A DNA stretch of 64,000 nucleotides, taken from NCBI GenBank assembly GCA_973895155.1, contig OZ316893.1, positions 5,470,171-5,534,170 on the forward strand, read 5' to 3'. This document shows, piece after piece, positions 1 to 13,622 of this stretch. Each line of letters starts with the position of its first letter. Positions within the stretch are counted from its first letter, which is position 1. The notes under the pieces are model-generated. The model did no database searches, was not told the origin of the DNA, and was given only the letters and a program-made list of their open reading frames with translations. The stretch comes from Marsupella aquatica. Its lineage: Eukaryota > Plantae > Marchantiophyta. The position numbers and the translations under genes are program-made.

Positions 1-174
1 ATAATGTAACGAGAAGAGACTGTCTAGTGGAATCACTTTGCTCACTTCAATTTTGGTATGTTGGCATGGAGCATATAATTGACATGTGGCAGTGACTTGC
101 TCTACAATTCTTTGACAATTCAGTTGAAACAAGTATACACTTCAAAATGCCAATTGATGCACCCTCAAATTATG

Positions 175-330
175 AATCCAATCATGGTTGATTTAGCCAA
201 AGCCTTCGATCTAGCTCATGCAGAGGGAAGATGTCTATTAAGGTGCATTTGGTTTTCAATGCGCGTGGATACTGACAGCTTTGTCCCTGATCTATCTCTT
301 GCTGATGATATGTTCTCGAGATCAACTTTT
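175..330 (+). pseudogene. possible LINE reverse-transcriptase relic
   Basis: ORF 79..465 contains VDLAKAFD and LSLADD, resembling RT motifs D-x-x-KAFD and LFADD but abnormally close together. Confidence 0.3.
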
Positions 331-645
331 CATTACTTCAACTTGATTCTCCATTTGAGTTGCCCGTTCAACCTCTCTATGCCTCGGTCACAGCTCAAAT
401 ATTTTTCCAGAAAACTTCTGGACGGTGCTAATGAGCAGGGATTGAAAAGTACGAAATACGACTAATTACTAGATCAGAAGAAAAGTAAGGCAGAGAGATT
501 CATCCAGAAATCAGAAAAGGTATCAAAGATAATTATTTTTCTTACGACGGATGGAGTTTCCGACATGTCCATCGTAGGTCGGAACCAATACTGCAATGTT
601 CTTTCCATTAATTTCACCAACATTTCCATTACTTTTCACCAACAT

Positions 646-720
646 GGCCTGGTTAGGAATTGAACCTAGGATCTCCATCGTACATCATCGTAGTGTTCTA
701 CCACTGACCTATATGACTGC
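646..720 (-). other. tRNA-like sequence (pseudo-tRNA or tRNA-derived SINE head)
   Basis: Minus strand reads TAGGTCAGTGGTAGAAC (A-box-like) ... CCTAGGTTCAATTCCTAA (B-box/T-arm-like) at tRNA spacing; acceptor and anticodon stems do not pair well. Confidence 0.4.
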
Positions 721-1863
721 ACCATTATCAATTTAACACTGATTCATATACAACACCCTGATAGCATGTTAGACTTTAGAATCGTACTGTAGAGCACAAC
801 CTCTTAACATTTGGCATCTCCATTTGCAACGAATCGTTGAAGGAAGTTACTCCATTGAGACATGAATCTCTCAAGATTATGAGTGTTCTTTATTCACCCT
901 ACCAAGATTGATTTCTTCTCAGAAATCGGTTACCTGGTTTGCCTCCGTTTGGTAGATTTATCTTGCAAACTGGAGACAGTCTAGCTGGGGTGGTTTCTTG
1001 GGAAGACAATGCTAATTTCCAGAAAGCTGCAAAGCCCCATCAGCAAGCAGAATGAGTCTGAATTTATTATAATTACTGCTCTGCACAAGGGCGAGATATG
1101 TCAAGGTGGTGTGATGGCTGAGGAAAGGCATGCGATTAATCAATTAAGCAGGAAGGATGGAAGCATCTGACTCAGTTGGATTCGAAAACTCAATCAAAAA
1201 ATCCTCTTGAATGGAACTATCGCTGCATGCTATCCACTCCAAGCCGGAGATGATCTGTTGTGTGACGTCTGAGGGAAGACATGCATGCGATTCATAAGAC
1301 CTCAAATATGACCGCCCAGGAACTAGGTACACTTCATACTATTTATGCCCAATATATTATCAACCTTCCAAAATAATGCGAAAAAGGATAGATTCGGGTG
1401 TCTTCTTCTTGAATAACGCTTTTGACCAGTAACCTGTCGATTGTCAATACTGAAACTTCAACAAGAATCCATTAAATGTCAGTTCATTCATTTTCAAGTC
1501 GAAGTGGCTCAACAACGTAAGACATGTTAACCAGAGACACATCGAACAGTTCAGTTCTTGTTTTCCTGAAGATGTGGGCTGAAAACCTGTCGGACCAGCA
1601 AGTAAGATCAAAGTGAAGCTCTGAGAAGCTGGATCTTTCGATTAGGCCGCTGAGTCTGGTGGAAATGATCTCTCAGAGGCCTTTGTAGTTTTCTTATTAA
1701 CATCAATATTGTCGTTAAGGTGAGCCGTGCAAGGTCTCACATATCAAACACATTTCCAACATAATTGTTTCTTCTGCTCCCGGTACATTGGGGCCTAAAC
1801 GAAGGCGGGCTGAGCTTTTAGAATTAGCTATCTGGTTTTAGTTCTAAGAATGGATCGATTGAT

Positions 1864-1975
1864 TCAGCCCGGCAAAGCTGTACAGTAGTTTCGACAAACT
1901 CATTAATTGTTACACTAACATATGTCAGCCCGGCAAAGCTGAGTGGTTACAATGTCGACAAACTCGACAATTGTC
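1864..1975. repeat. diverged tandem duplication, about 61-bp period
   Basis: TCAGCCCGGCAAAGCTG ... TCGACAAACTC ... AATTGT occurs twice. Confidence 0.8.
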
Positions 1976-4232
1976 CCATTATGTGTACGTTATGAGTAGT
2001 GGAACTTAACTGTCTAGTTTCTATTATATGACCTGCGTTATTTAGACGACCATGTTAACCAGTACTGAGATAAATGTGTGTTTAGTGCCAATGGACTTGA
2101 AGTTCGGGGTGAAATGAGATTGAATTTGGTTTTTCAGCGATTACTGTAAAGTCGCCAATAGCGCGAAAGGAATCACAAAATTAAACTCCTAGTAGCAGCT
2201 CCAGAAATTATGCATTTATGCTAGATTTGAATTTTTGGGAAATTCAATAGAATTTCTGTGCTCGATTCACACATTTTACAGCTCCTAGCGAAACAATTCA
2301 ACAAACTGTTGACAGGTAAGAGCGCATTGTGGACTGCAATAGCCTAATTGACAGAGTCACACCCGTCTAAATCTAGACCACTATATATTACATATAGTAT
2401 TGCATCCCAAAAAGCGCTCATTCTTGACGCGCGCAGTGTCGTTGTGAAATAGACATCTTCTATGCTGATCAGCAGCGTCGTGTAGCTCTCTTCGTGATCA
2501 GCTCAGGCTAATTGTATACGTCGACTGGACCGAAAGTAACCTCAGTCAAACATCGGCAGGCATCCACTTATCAGCAATTAGAATTTGATGAATTTACATT
2601 CTTCTAATGTTGTAGGCAGGTCAATTGTCGAAGATGACAATTCAAATGTACGTATTTGTGTCGTTCGTTGACAACCAGCCCAACAGCCCGTAGAAGTTGA
2701 TGAGTTTCTGAGTCAAGAAGAGAATGTTGAAATGCTATTCGAATTGAAGGCATTGCCAACGAATCAAACCTATAGTGACGACTGGTCACAGTGACTCTTG
2801 TCACCTGGCTTAAGATTAATCCAAATGAAAGTTCGAGCTTGACTTATCTCTGGTGGATAAGTCACCTAGACATGCGAACATCGTATTGAACATATTTGCA
2901 TGTCTGCGTGGTTGACAGAAAATGAAACAAAATGACTGGATCAAGAAGGACACAGTCGTAACAGGTTCTTCAGACCTCGCAGAAATTGCAGGACACAATG
3001 TAGTCATGTAGACATGGATGTTCAAGGTGACAAACTATAAGTGGTAACCTCGATCCACAACTAAGTTAGCTCGTTGCTCTCTACAGTTTCACGTACTCCA
3101 AAGTCACTTTATGCTCGTTCACCTGGGATTGGATCCCATGAGATCATAAATGGATTTAGGCTACTCCAAAGTTATTTTTCTCATGATTCTAATTTGGCAC
3201 CTTAATTTCCCCCTGTGCAGCTTGCAAACGTCCCCCCCTGTCCTTCCTTTCACTGGGCTGATTCTGTTAACAGAAGAGCCTGCAAGCACAAAGTTTCTGT
3301 TTCCATGAAGCAACTAGTGACAGCTGAATATCATTCGTTATTGTAGTCTGGATAATATTTGCTCTACCTCAGCTGAACATGTGAAACAATCCAATCCAGT
3401 CCAAAGGAAGGGCAGGGCTTGTACGTGTCATCTAGCTACAAAGATGGCCACACGGCTCTGTAAAATTTGCAGTCATGTGGCAATCAAGCTCGGCAAGACT
3501 TCATTGATTACGTGCAGGACTTGTCATTTCCACAGCATTGACGAGACGGAAGATCTACATACAGTGATGTTCCCTTACTGAAGCTTTTCGTTTTCTCCAC
3601 TTCTTCGAGCAGCCACATTCCCTGAAGAATGGCGACTGTGTAGCAAGGTAGCAAGCTGATCCATCCAACATCAGAATGCTTCTGCAATCCACACAATCGT
3701 CAGTAAGCGACTTCGGTTCTCTCGATGATGACGATTGTTACCCTCAGACACTAGCAGAGTTAACTTGCCAATGACGTCCGATTGTACCAAATGAAGTCCT
3801 TCTATTCCGTGAAGAGTACCGTCAACCATCCATACTGTCACAATAGATTCGCATCAGAGTCCGCTTTATTGTGCCAACCCTATGGTAGAGCTCACCATTT
3901 GAAGGTCTACGGTCATAATTAACAAAGGAGTAGGGTCGTAGGGGACAAGCGCTAAGTGTTCAAACCAACCACTTCCCAACTTTCAAATTATTTTGGTAGC
4001 GACACCTCAGAGTAGATCACGCGACGTCCACATGCTTCCATTACTGTAGGACAAGTGAAATAGAAAACTTGCGTACAGGTGTCGTAGTGCAGAAGTTCCA
4101 ATAGGAAGCATAGGAAAAATAGTAAACTTTTTAATTGAAAAGGAGGAAAAAGGAAAATTCTCTGCAATGCTTTGAATATCTTTAGGACTGAACCAAGTGA
4201 CATGATGTGTGATCTCAAAATTAAGGAGGTAT

Positions 4233-4334
4233 TTGCTTGATCAACCCCCGAATCGAAACTTGTTACTTTATCTACCCCCTCAGGTCTATCAATGGTCCAG
4301 ATTGGGGAAAAGTATTGAGGGGTTGATTAAGCAA
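4233..4334. mobile_element. small foldback/MITE-like element
   Basis: TTGCTTGATCAACCCC at left and GGGGTTGATTAAGCAA at right form a 15/16 inverted repeat; no TSD seen. Confidence 0.4.
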
Positions 4335-4868
4335 CTTTTTCCAGAAGGGGTTCTACTAGGCATATCTCTCCAACATTAAGGGAAACCAGGATATATATAG
4401 TATAGTCCAAAATCTTACAACTTGCAAGACTTTTGTGAACTAACCTGATTACCACTTCCTTAAACATAAATAGAAATGAAGCCCACAAATATTCCTGGAA
4501 ATAAAAGATTTATACACTACTTCCCATTCATCTTTGCCTCCATCCATGTTTTTTTTCAACTCCTTATTGAGAGTTGTGATCTAGATGCTTCACTCTAGAC
4601 CATAGCCCTGGAAAAGTAGTTCTGCATTACACATTCTTACTAAGATATATACCCAAAATATGATTAACTGGGAATGTACAAAGTTAGTAGAGTTAGCAGA
4701 ATGGCGACCCAAGGAGGAGAGATGGACCAAAAGGAGCAGTGAGATAACAAGATTAGTTCTTCTTGTGACCTAAGTCACGGGGTCTCATTCCAAGGGGAAT
4801 CTGAAATCACATTCAACATTTTTGAGTACTTTTTCCCTATCTTTTTGGAACATTCCAAGAATGTGCAC

Positions 4869-4915
4869 AAAGTTCTTTTTATAACCAAGTTCTTTTTATA
4901 ACCAAGTTCTTTTTA
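4869..4915. repeat. 17-bp tandem repeat, about 2.7 copies
   Basis: AAGTTCTTTTTATAACC repeated. Confidence 0.85.
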
Positions 4916-5951
4916 CTTCAAATTCAAAATTGGATTAAAGGTTAGACCCCCATTCAAAGTTCTTTTACCAAATTTTACAAAGTCTTTTACTAACCCAAGG
5001 CAATTAAAACACCCACATACTTATTTGCACAGGATGGGTAGGAAAAAAAGCGAGGACCCCAGGACAAACGTGCTCTTAGGTCATGATGAGCCTTGTTTTG
5101 TTCTGTTTAATTGTTAGCTATATTAGAAACTGCCAATGGGAAGGTTACATGCACATCCCAGGGAACTAGAGACAACTACAGTAGGGAACTAGAGACAACT
5201 TGTCCCTCAGTTCAAACCCGGGTTGAAACCCAACATAACACTCAAAAAAATACGAAGAAACAGTGCTTAGTCAGGTGTTACCATCCGATTAGTGAAAAAA
5301 ACGGCCTCCTACTTTTTGCATGGAAACAGTGGACAGTTTTGGTCAACGTAGGGGATGATGCATTAATATTACTGTACCGAGTGTACCTTTTCCCAGGAGG
5401 GTATCCCTCTGGAATTAACTGTGCCCAAACTCAACTTCAAAAATATTGTGCAAGTTCAGTCCTCTTAACACGGTAGACAGACTACGAAGGCCATGCCATT
5501 GGAATCTACGTACCAAGCCTCACAGCCCGATGTAGTGATGTCTGTCAAGTTCTGTCCAGCGCGGTGTCCACGTCCGGAACAGACACACAGCCCCCTGCCG
5601 GTAGAAGACTCCAGGTAGCGAAATCGAGACATTGTGCGCTGGTGTGATTCAAGGCACAAATTTATCTTACTTATTACATCAATTAGATTCGGTCAGCTCT
5701 CGTGAGCAATCGAGCCAAAGACACACACACACAGACCACTGAGAGCCACAGCGTGATCAATGCTACTTAACTTCGTTGTTCGATCGACAGCTGCTGAGCT
5801 ATGTCTGTATATGAAGCAATGTGGAGTGTGGAGAGGTCAAGAAGAGAGTCCTCATCAGTATTGTAGCTGTGACTGCTTGGCTACTAGAGTGGCGAACACT
5901 TGATTCTAGAAAATCGATGCGAGAAGAGCCTCGACTCTGCAATAGACGATC

Positions 5952-8900
5952 ATGGCGTTTACTTTGCCCATGAGGAAGGCCAGTACTAGCAATGTGTTTG
6001 GGGTGTTCCCTGTCAAGCAGCCTTTGGCAGCTGCATCAGGCTCCACAGTGACAACGACGATCTCCGCTGTGTCTGTGGAAGAGCTGAGCACTGGGCTTTT
6101 AGCGGAGATTCTCAAGAAGGGAGATGCCATACAGCTTCCGGAGCAGTATGTGGTGAAGGAGGAAGAGCGGCCCACGGTCTCGTACAACGAATGGGCGGAT
6201 CTGCCGATAATAGATTTCTCGGAGTTTCTCACGAACCAGGCTGGATTGGCTAAGAAGATTGGAGCGGCGTGTCGAGAGTGGGGATTCTTCCAGCTCGTCA
6301 ACCATGGCGTGCCCCTCGAGAAAGTGCAGGGGTTTCGAGACGAGGGGTCCAAGTTCTTCCGATTGCCAGCAGAGGTGAAGAACAAAATGATCACGGACAA
6401 GAATTTCTGTCAGTACCGGGCTAACCATTTGGACCAAGGACTCGGCCATACCAACTTGCTCTGGGCGGAGAGCTTGGCTTTCAAATACAGGCCCTTTTTC
6501 AATTTGGACGAGCTCATTGTAAAAGTCTGGCCCGAAGGAAACTCCCAAATGAGGTACGTACTAACCCCCAGACTACTCGATCCCAAGGCTACCCTCCCAC
6601 CCAATTCTCGTCAGCTTTGTTTCGACGCTGGCACCGGTACTTTTCTTTGGCTCGTTTTATTCCTTGAATGATCACGAAGTAATTAAAGCAAGCTGCCATG
6701 AGACGTACAATAGACGAGCTTCGTCGCGCCGAACTTCGCTTGTTAGTGAGGGTTGCTTTCGAAGCTACAGATAATTTAGTGCTCACACACCGCCGTACTC
6801 AGTTGACCCGTTTTGACACAGACGAGGAGTGTGAGTTTGCTGAGGCTGACACCGAACATGAATAGTCTCAAATCTCGTGTTAAAATTATCCACTCCTATT
6901 TCCGGATTTCGGCTAACTAGGCCAAATGTACGACTCCTTGGTCCACAATCACCCACCGACCCACGACAGTGAGTCGATGATGGCTTTTTCGGGGCGAAGT
7001 GCAGTTAATACGTCGACCAGTGCCCCAACTTCGCTTTGCGGACAGAAGCGTCATCGAGAGAGAAATCTTTGGTTAGTTGTGGCACTAAAGCATCGATACT
7101 TACCCCAGAGGCAGCTCCCTATCGACCATGTTTGGTAATGGCCCTGAGTAAGTGCATCTCCAACCCTTCTGGGTTTGTTATTGTAAGGGGGTGCTGCTGG
7201 TAAAAGAAATGCAAAAAGTCGAGTCCAACCGACTCACTGGAATGCAGGGTTTTCAGGAACAGGGTTTCTTGGTTTCTTGGTACTGGGATGTGCATATAGA
7301 AGAGAAAACACATTAGCTGACATTCACTAGGTTCCAAAATCCTGTAGCGTTGGAGATGCTCTAAGAGAGTTCCAAATCGATGTTAGCCTACAATTCGATT
7401 GAGACATGCTGAGCAACCTATGAGAGCCGCTATGGGATCGAGCCCGCACACTCAGATAAGTACGTTCTTGGGTTAATTGCTCCCTTCTTCCTACTGAATG
7501 AAGAGTGTCGTCCTTAACTTTAACCGAACATTACCTGGCAAGAATCTTCAAGCGTGACAATAGCTAGCACCTCAAGCACGTGATCTGTAGAGTCAGAGTA
7601 TCCCAACTTGTGTTGATGGATCTTACCTTTCTGTGTATGAAATAAGACAAGAAGTTGGAAACTAAGAGAAGACCTAAAGGAGTGTCTAGAAATAGAGAGA
7701 ATCGAAACATTTGTTAAAGTTTCTTCTGCATAAAATGGAAGGTCCCGTGAACTTGCAACAGAACCAGACTGAGGGAGCTGTACTTTGTTGAACAGTTCGA
7801 GCGGGGCACTTTTCAAGATGTGCGCGTTATCTTACCATGGTGTAATTGACAAGCACAATGTCAGCACGGAGTGTCTCTAAAGAAAAGACTTCGTAGCACA
7901 GACCGGCGTTTACCGTCGAGCAGTCACGCATTCATGCATTCTCAGGCCTTTGATCAGCGAGGATTTTGATGAGAGAAAACTGACCTAAAGGATCCAGCGG
8001 CAGATTCAGATAACAAAATCCTCGTCTTATAAAGCTTTTACTTACCAGCTGGTGCAATCTTCAGAACTGTTTCATGCTGATTAGCTGACAAATTTCTGCT
8101 CGTTTGGCTGATATATATATTCAGAAACATCACCCTCAACTGTGCAAGTGCTGTCGAGAAACTCAGCGATAAACTTCTGGAGTTGTTCGCCTTGAGTCTT
8201 GGGCTCGAGAGAGACACCTACCGGAAGTACTTCGAAAAGCGGAGGGCCTTGTTTCTTAGGTGGAACTACTATCCGCCCTGCCCAGAACCTACTGCTGCTC
8301 TTGGGATTCGAGGCCACACGGATCCCTTCGTGTTGACAGTTCTGCAGCAGGATGAAGTTGGAGGTCTACAGATTAAGAAGGATGATGTTTGGTGGGGTGT
8401 TAGGCCTGTCGAAGACGCCGTCGTCGTAAATGTTGGGGATCTGCTTCAGGTCAGTCTATCAGAACTAATTCTTTGCAAGTCTGGTACCGCGTGTTCGAAT
8501 GATTCCAATTTCGAGTCTTTCCGGTTCCAAGTATTCTTGATAGAACCGAACATAAAAAAACATGCAGGCCAGGGTTTCTGGTCCCAATTCGGTCAACCCT
8601 TCATATTCTTCTCCACTCAACTACTCTATTTGATTGACCACCATTGAATAATTATGTCGGGCCCACGGAAGAACACTTTGTACAAGTAACTGGGATCATC
8701 ACAGTCAACTGCTGGATAAAGCGTAACTGGATGGAAATTCAACGGTTCACTTTGTCTGCAACTAAATATGTGAAATTCTCATGTGGACTGAATACTTGAG
8801 CTCCAACAACATGGATTGTCCACCACTCGGGGCTAATTGGAGTTTCAACGTCTGAAGAATTGTCTTCTGATCGTTGAAATCTGTGCCTGTCACCTGCAGG

Positions 8901-9184
8901 CGTGGACCAACGATATCTTTAAAAGTGTGGAGCATCGAGTGGTTGTAAACAGCAAAAGGACCCGTCTATCAGTCGCAGTTTTCACGAATCTCGCAGATGT
9001 GAACTTATCCATGGTCCCTCCTCCGGAACTAATCGATGAGAACCATCCTCCTATATACCGGCCCTTCACTTTCGGAGACTACTTGAGGGAGAAGTACAGA
9101 CCGGTGGATGAGACCGAACGAGTGCCTATTGGGCATGGCCTTAAAGTCCTCGATAAGTTCAGGCGACCCGCGTCAAAACTATGA
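5952..9184 (+). CDS. 2-oxoglutarate/Fe(II)-dependent dioxygenase (DOXC, GA20-oxidase-like), about 403 aa; exons 5952-6553, 8125-8449, 8900-9184
   Basis: DIOX_N (LPIIDFS, AACREWGFFQLVNHGV), NYYPPCPEP, HTD...H iron triad and RLS 2-OG motif; both GT-AG introns join in frame. Confidence 0.93.
7152..7361. mobile_element. Tourist/PIF-Harbinger-type MITE in intron 1 of the dioxygenase
   Basis: TIRs GTGCATCTCCAAC / GTTGGAGATGCTC (12/13), TAA on both flanks (7149-7151, 7362-7364), 210 bp. Confidence 0.8.
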
Positions 9185-10407
9185 CCCATAAAATTATGAA
9201 CAAGATGTGCCAGGCATGCTCCGCAAAAACTCGGTCCGTGGGTGTACGTTGGGTGTAAATTCAATCGACGGATGAAGCAATTTTGTGGGTGGTGGTTCTC
9301 GAGTGCCAGGCTGAAAACTGCCTCTAAAGCTCATACATACGAGATGTGCCGTCGATTGAATTTACAAGCTCCGCAAAAACTTTCAACGAGACCGAACAAC
9401 AGCATTCTCTTAGAGACTAAAGTAATAGTGTCGATCACGAGACAGGAGGTGTAATTCTGACTGGACCAGAGCGGGGCTCTACACCAGCTGGAGTCAATCT
9501 TGCAGATTACAAAACAAAGTCTAGTACGGTTGGCTGGATTGTCGATACTTAGAACCTAGAGGACGTACGTCAAGGACCTCCACTACAGATAATTGAACGG
9601 AAGACGAACGAATGTATGGAGATTGAAGTCACAGAGAGTGAAGATTCTGAATTCATGTCTACACGAGAAAACTACAAAGCACTAACTGATCAAAGCACTA
9701 ACTGATCAGGTATCGTCGGAACAATTTCAGCTGAAGACTGATGAGATGCGGTGCCCTGCTGGTAATCACACATCAAAATGTGGTTGCATTGAAAGGAAAA
9801 AACTAGGATTATCACGTGCAGGGGTGTCGTACATAATATATGTCATATTTTGATGTGCAGCGATGCGGTGAGGGATCAAAACTGCGGGACGTGGAGATAT
9901 GTGTCAATAGAGTCAGCCAACAATTACTGTAGATGAATCTAATAATGGAGCTGAGAACCTGGTGACCGACCGGCCGACAAAACCCACGAGCCCTGTCGTC
10001 CTTCAATTCCAGATTGGAACATCTGTGAGTTAGGAAATTGCTTTTTGAGCCAATGGACAGCCACAGTCATGCAAATCCTATACCGGTATCTTCTCCACTT
10101 TTCATGCGCTTTGTGCGCGTCTTGAGTATTTACTTACGTACAATTTTACGTACAGCAGATTGGACTAGAAGTCTGATTCCAAGATGTTGTGCCCAGTCGC
10201 GGACCTTGGTATTATTTTGATTTCATGGACCCATTTGATTAAGCTGCTGTCATGATGATTGAAAAACATTAAAACTACATTCTATAACTACTGTACACAA
10301 CTCAACAACTTCCACCAAAATTTATAAATCAGGGAAAACCCAAAGTACAATGAAAGAAAAGAGGACCAACACCAAACAAGGTAAAATAAAAGCAACTGCA
10401 ATACTAA

Positions 10408-10470
10408 AACTCAACTCCCCGTCTCATTTGAAACTCAACTCCCCGTCTCATTTGAAACTCAACTCCCCTT
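10408..10470. repeat. 25-bp tandem repeat, about 2.5 copies
   Basis: AAACTCAACTCCCCGTCTCATTTG repeated. Confidence 0.8.
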
Positions 10471-11359
10471 TGCATTTGACAAGTTTGACATTACTCCAGA
10501 GTGCGAACTGAAGTGGGTTCCTGGGATTTTGCAATTTTTGCAAGTTCCTAAGATTCAAGCACGAGAGCATTACGAATATAGGAGTATCGAAAGCCAAAAT
10601 TTGTGTACGACAAAAGAAAGTTGAAGTGGATACCAATTTTATTTTATTTTATTTTTCCATCCAGTCTTTTAGGGCATACGAAAATGCATCTCTGCCTATT
10701 ATACAAGTCACCCAGATGGGTGAAAATATTGTACTGTAAACTAATCCAAGAAAAGGTCAGAATTTTCCAAAACTAGAGTAGGCCCCAATACTTGTGCTGG
10801 TAGCAATTTGTGAAGTTGAATTGCTTTGGAGACTAATGCAGGTGTTAAATACAGCTCTCCAGTTGAACCAGAGTGCTACATTTTACATAAACGCTTGAAG
10901 CCTACCTTGGATTACTTTTCTTCCGCTTACTTTTTATTATCATTGTTTCAATACTTCTGAATACTACATGATAGTTTAAGTTTCTTAAATTTTCTAGAAA
11001 TAATCAATACTCTAAATAATATCTAATATACTTTATTGTGCATAAGTTGAAATAGCAACTCCAAACCTACAATCTGACTTTCTGAAATGGAAATTTAACA
11101 AATGCTTTGAATGGAGCAGCCAGAGTTTGGAAATATTTGAAGCACCTCTCGAGGGGGTCTGAAATGCTAGAGTAAAGAAGCACTCCACATAATTGTAATT
11201 TCTTGGGCCTTCTCTTTGCCATGTAGGATACACCATAAGTGACGGGCCCAGAGTTCTTGTAAAGTCAACTTTAGTCTTACGAAGGGAATTAAATGAAGAA
11301 ATGGCTCCCACTTCTTGTGAAGCCAGCTTGAGTTTTACATGCAAGGCCTTTCACTATTA

Positions 11360-13622
11360 GGACCAATGATTTATCCGTGGGCATTTGGGACCAGCATTTT
11401 TTCGGTGGCAGAAATTAGATAGATTACACCTCTCTAAAGTCTTTGCCACTTTTGGGCTCTCAGTGAGAAGCTCTCTCAGAGAAGCTAGATTCACAATTGG
11501 ACAAAACCAGAAAGACTTCTGGCTCTCTCATCACCCGGGTTACAGTCGTCAATCATTTGGTGTTGAGCACCTTGTGGTATGTGCTCACGGCTTGGGCGGG
11601 CCAACAGAACACTCAGGATGCCTTACAGAAGAAAATCATGGCTGTCATCTGGGCTGGGCAGAACATCCAGGCTCGTCCTCGGGTCAATTTTGACACAATT
11701 ACCCGGACCAAGCGTTTTGGGGGGCTGGCCCTAATATCACTCTCTGCACAATTTTGGGCTCTCACTGGGAATTTTATTCTCTGGGAGTTGGCTGAAGGCG
11801 ACCACCCCCTCCGTCGCATCCTGCAACAAAGATCAAAATGTTGTCGAGCCAGAATTGGGGAATGGAAGACTACTCATGGGTAGTCTCATGATGTAATACT
11901 CTCCCGCAAGAAGGTCCACAGGTCTGGAGAAACGTTTGCATTGGTTGGAATGTTATCAAGCAGAATTTGAGGCCTACTACACCCGCTCACCTTGAGGAAT
12001 GGCTGGAACTCCCACTCTGGTGCCCGCATCTGAATCACAAAAGTCTTAATCAAGCGAAATTTCTTGGAACCCTCAATGGCGAATCAGGAGGCTGGAATTA
12101 GGCAGATGCGGGATGTCATGACATTGGAGGGGACCTTCATCCAATGTGAGGATGGCCCTAATAGGATTTTTCCAGGGAATTGTGCAACGGCCTCTAGACA
12201 GTTGATTGCCAATCTGGTTAGTGTGCCCAGCATTCATTGTAATCCCAGACAGCAAATCCCAATCTTCATGGAGGCGACACTACAAAATGGGATGCACTTC
12301 ATATGGGAGTACAAGCTGCAACAAAATCATAACTTCCAACTGGCAAAATTTCCCTGAGACAGCGAACCCTCTCAGAACCTTCAGTGTCAATAATGGGGCC
12401 CTTCGCAAGCTGGAGAACTTTTCTCCCCAGTTCAATACCTTGTTGCACCGAGTGGTGATTCGTTCCAACAAGAGGTCTGGGGGCTTGCATCAACATATTG
12501 GACGGCCGGTCGGCCTCCTACAGATTTTGCTGCAGCACAAATGGAAGGATGGCACCCCATTTCTGGAAACTAACACCGCCCATCAATGGGAGATTCAAGG
12601 CCCACTGCGAACAACGACACATAAGCCTATCCGGAAGTGGGCCCAATGCTTGAATTGGAGCCCAAACCTGAAATTGTTGTGGGCTAATACTTGGCTACCC
12701 TTTCGTGCAGCGGCAGAAAATTGTTTCTTATGGCAGCTTATAATTTATATCAAATCCTGGCTACTCAGCACTGGAGGATGCCAACATTGCCAACAACAGA
12801 CCCGCAACCTCATGCACCCGATGTGACCTCAATCTACAGGAGGATCTAGTCCATTGTCTTTGGAGCTGCCCCATTTCTTCATCCATCTGGTGTTGGGTGC
12901 AATTCATCCTACATAGTGCACCCTCCACAAGGAGCTCGGCCATCCATCTGTAATCGGCCCACATATTTTTGGGTGCCCCCCTCCCAGATGTTTGGGACAC
13001 TCCTCTTAAACTTTGGCATACTTTGCAGGCCATCGCTTCTTGGACCCTATGGAAGGATAGGAGTTCACATTTCATTGAACATACTCATTTGTGTGTCCAA
13101 GTTGTCATCTGGAGACCCTGACACCGCCTGGGAATCAGAAGAGATTGGGCCAAACAACAATTCAAAATTTGGACCAGTCAAACCTCTTTTGGCGATGCCA
13201 GCAATAATTACATGGCTCTTGGGATGGATCTTGGGATGGATTGCGGGAAATCCACAGTGAGACCCTACAAGTACCACCGGTGCCCCCTTGTCCCCCATGA
13301 TTTAGTGTAGGAGTCAGGAGTATAAGCTTAGCTGCAGGCTAGACAGATATTGTTTTACTTTATCACGGACCCAATATTGGGTGCCCCGCTGGCACTCCTC
13401 ACTGGCCGGTCTTTGGGGTGTGCGGTCCTTCTGTAGTAGTTAAATTTCTTGTTTGGCTCCCTTCATGCTGGGCCTGTTTCTCTCCTGGTGCCAGCTTCTC
13501 CGGTCTCATGGGCTACTCAACCTTTGGTCCCCCAGGGTGCCAATCCCCTTTTGTGGGCCACCCCTTTTGTATGCTGGCTTTTTTAATGAAATTCAAATGG
13601 TTTTTTCAAGGCACAAAAAAAA
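11360..13622 (+). mobile_element. 5'-truncated, degenerate LINE (L1-like) ORF2 3' region with A-rich tail
   Basis: Frameshifted pieces VVNHLVLSTLWY, RVNFDTITRTKRFGGLAL, and a zf-RVT-like CTRC...EDLVHCLWSCP...W near 12814-12890; ends AATGAAATT...CACAAAAAAAA. Confidence 0.75.

Noticed and set aside
5906-6604. Long antisense ORFs over dioxygenase exon 1 (similar ones over CCR-like, AKR and DUF569)
   Set aside because: Shadows of real coding frames
11343-11365. Possible TSD of the LINE relic (compare 13621-13642)
   Set aside because: Only loose similarity with indels; cannot be supported
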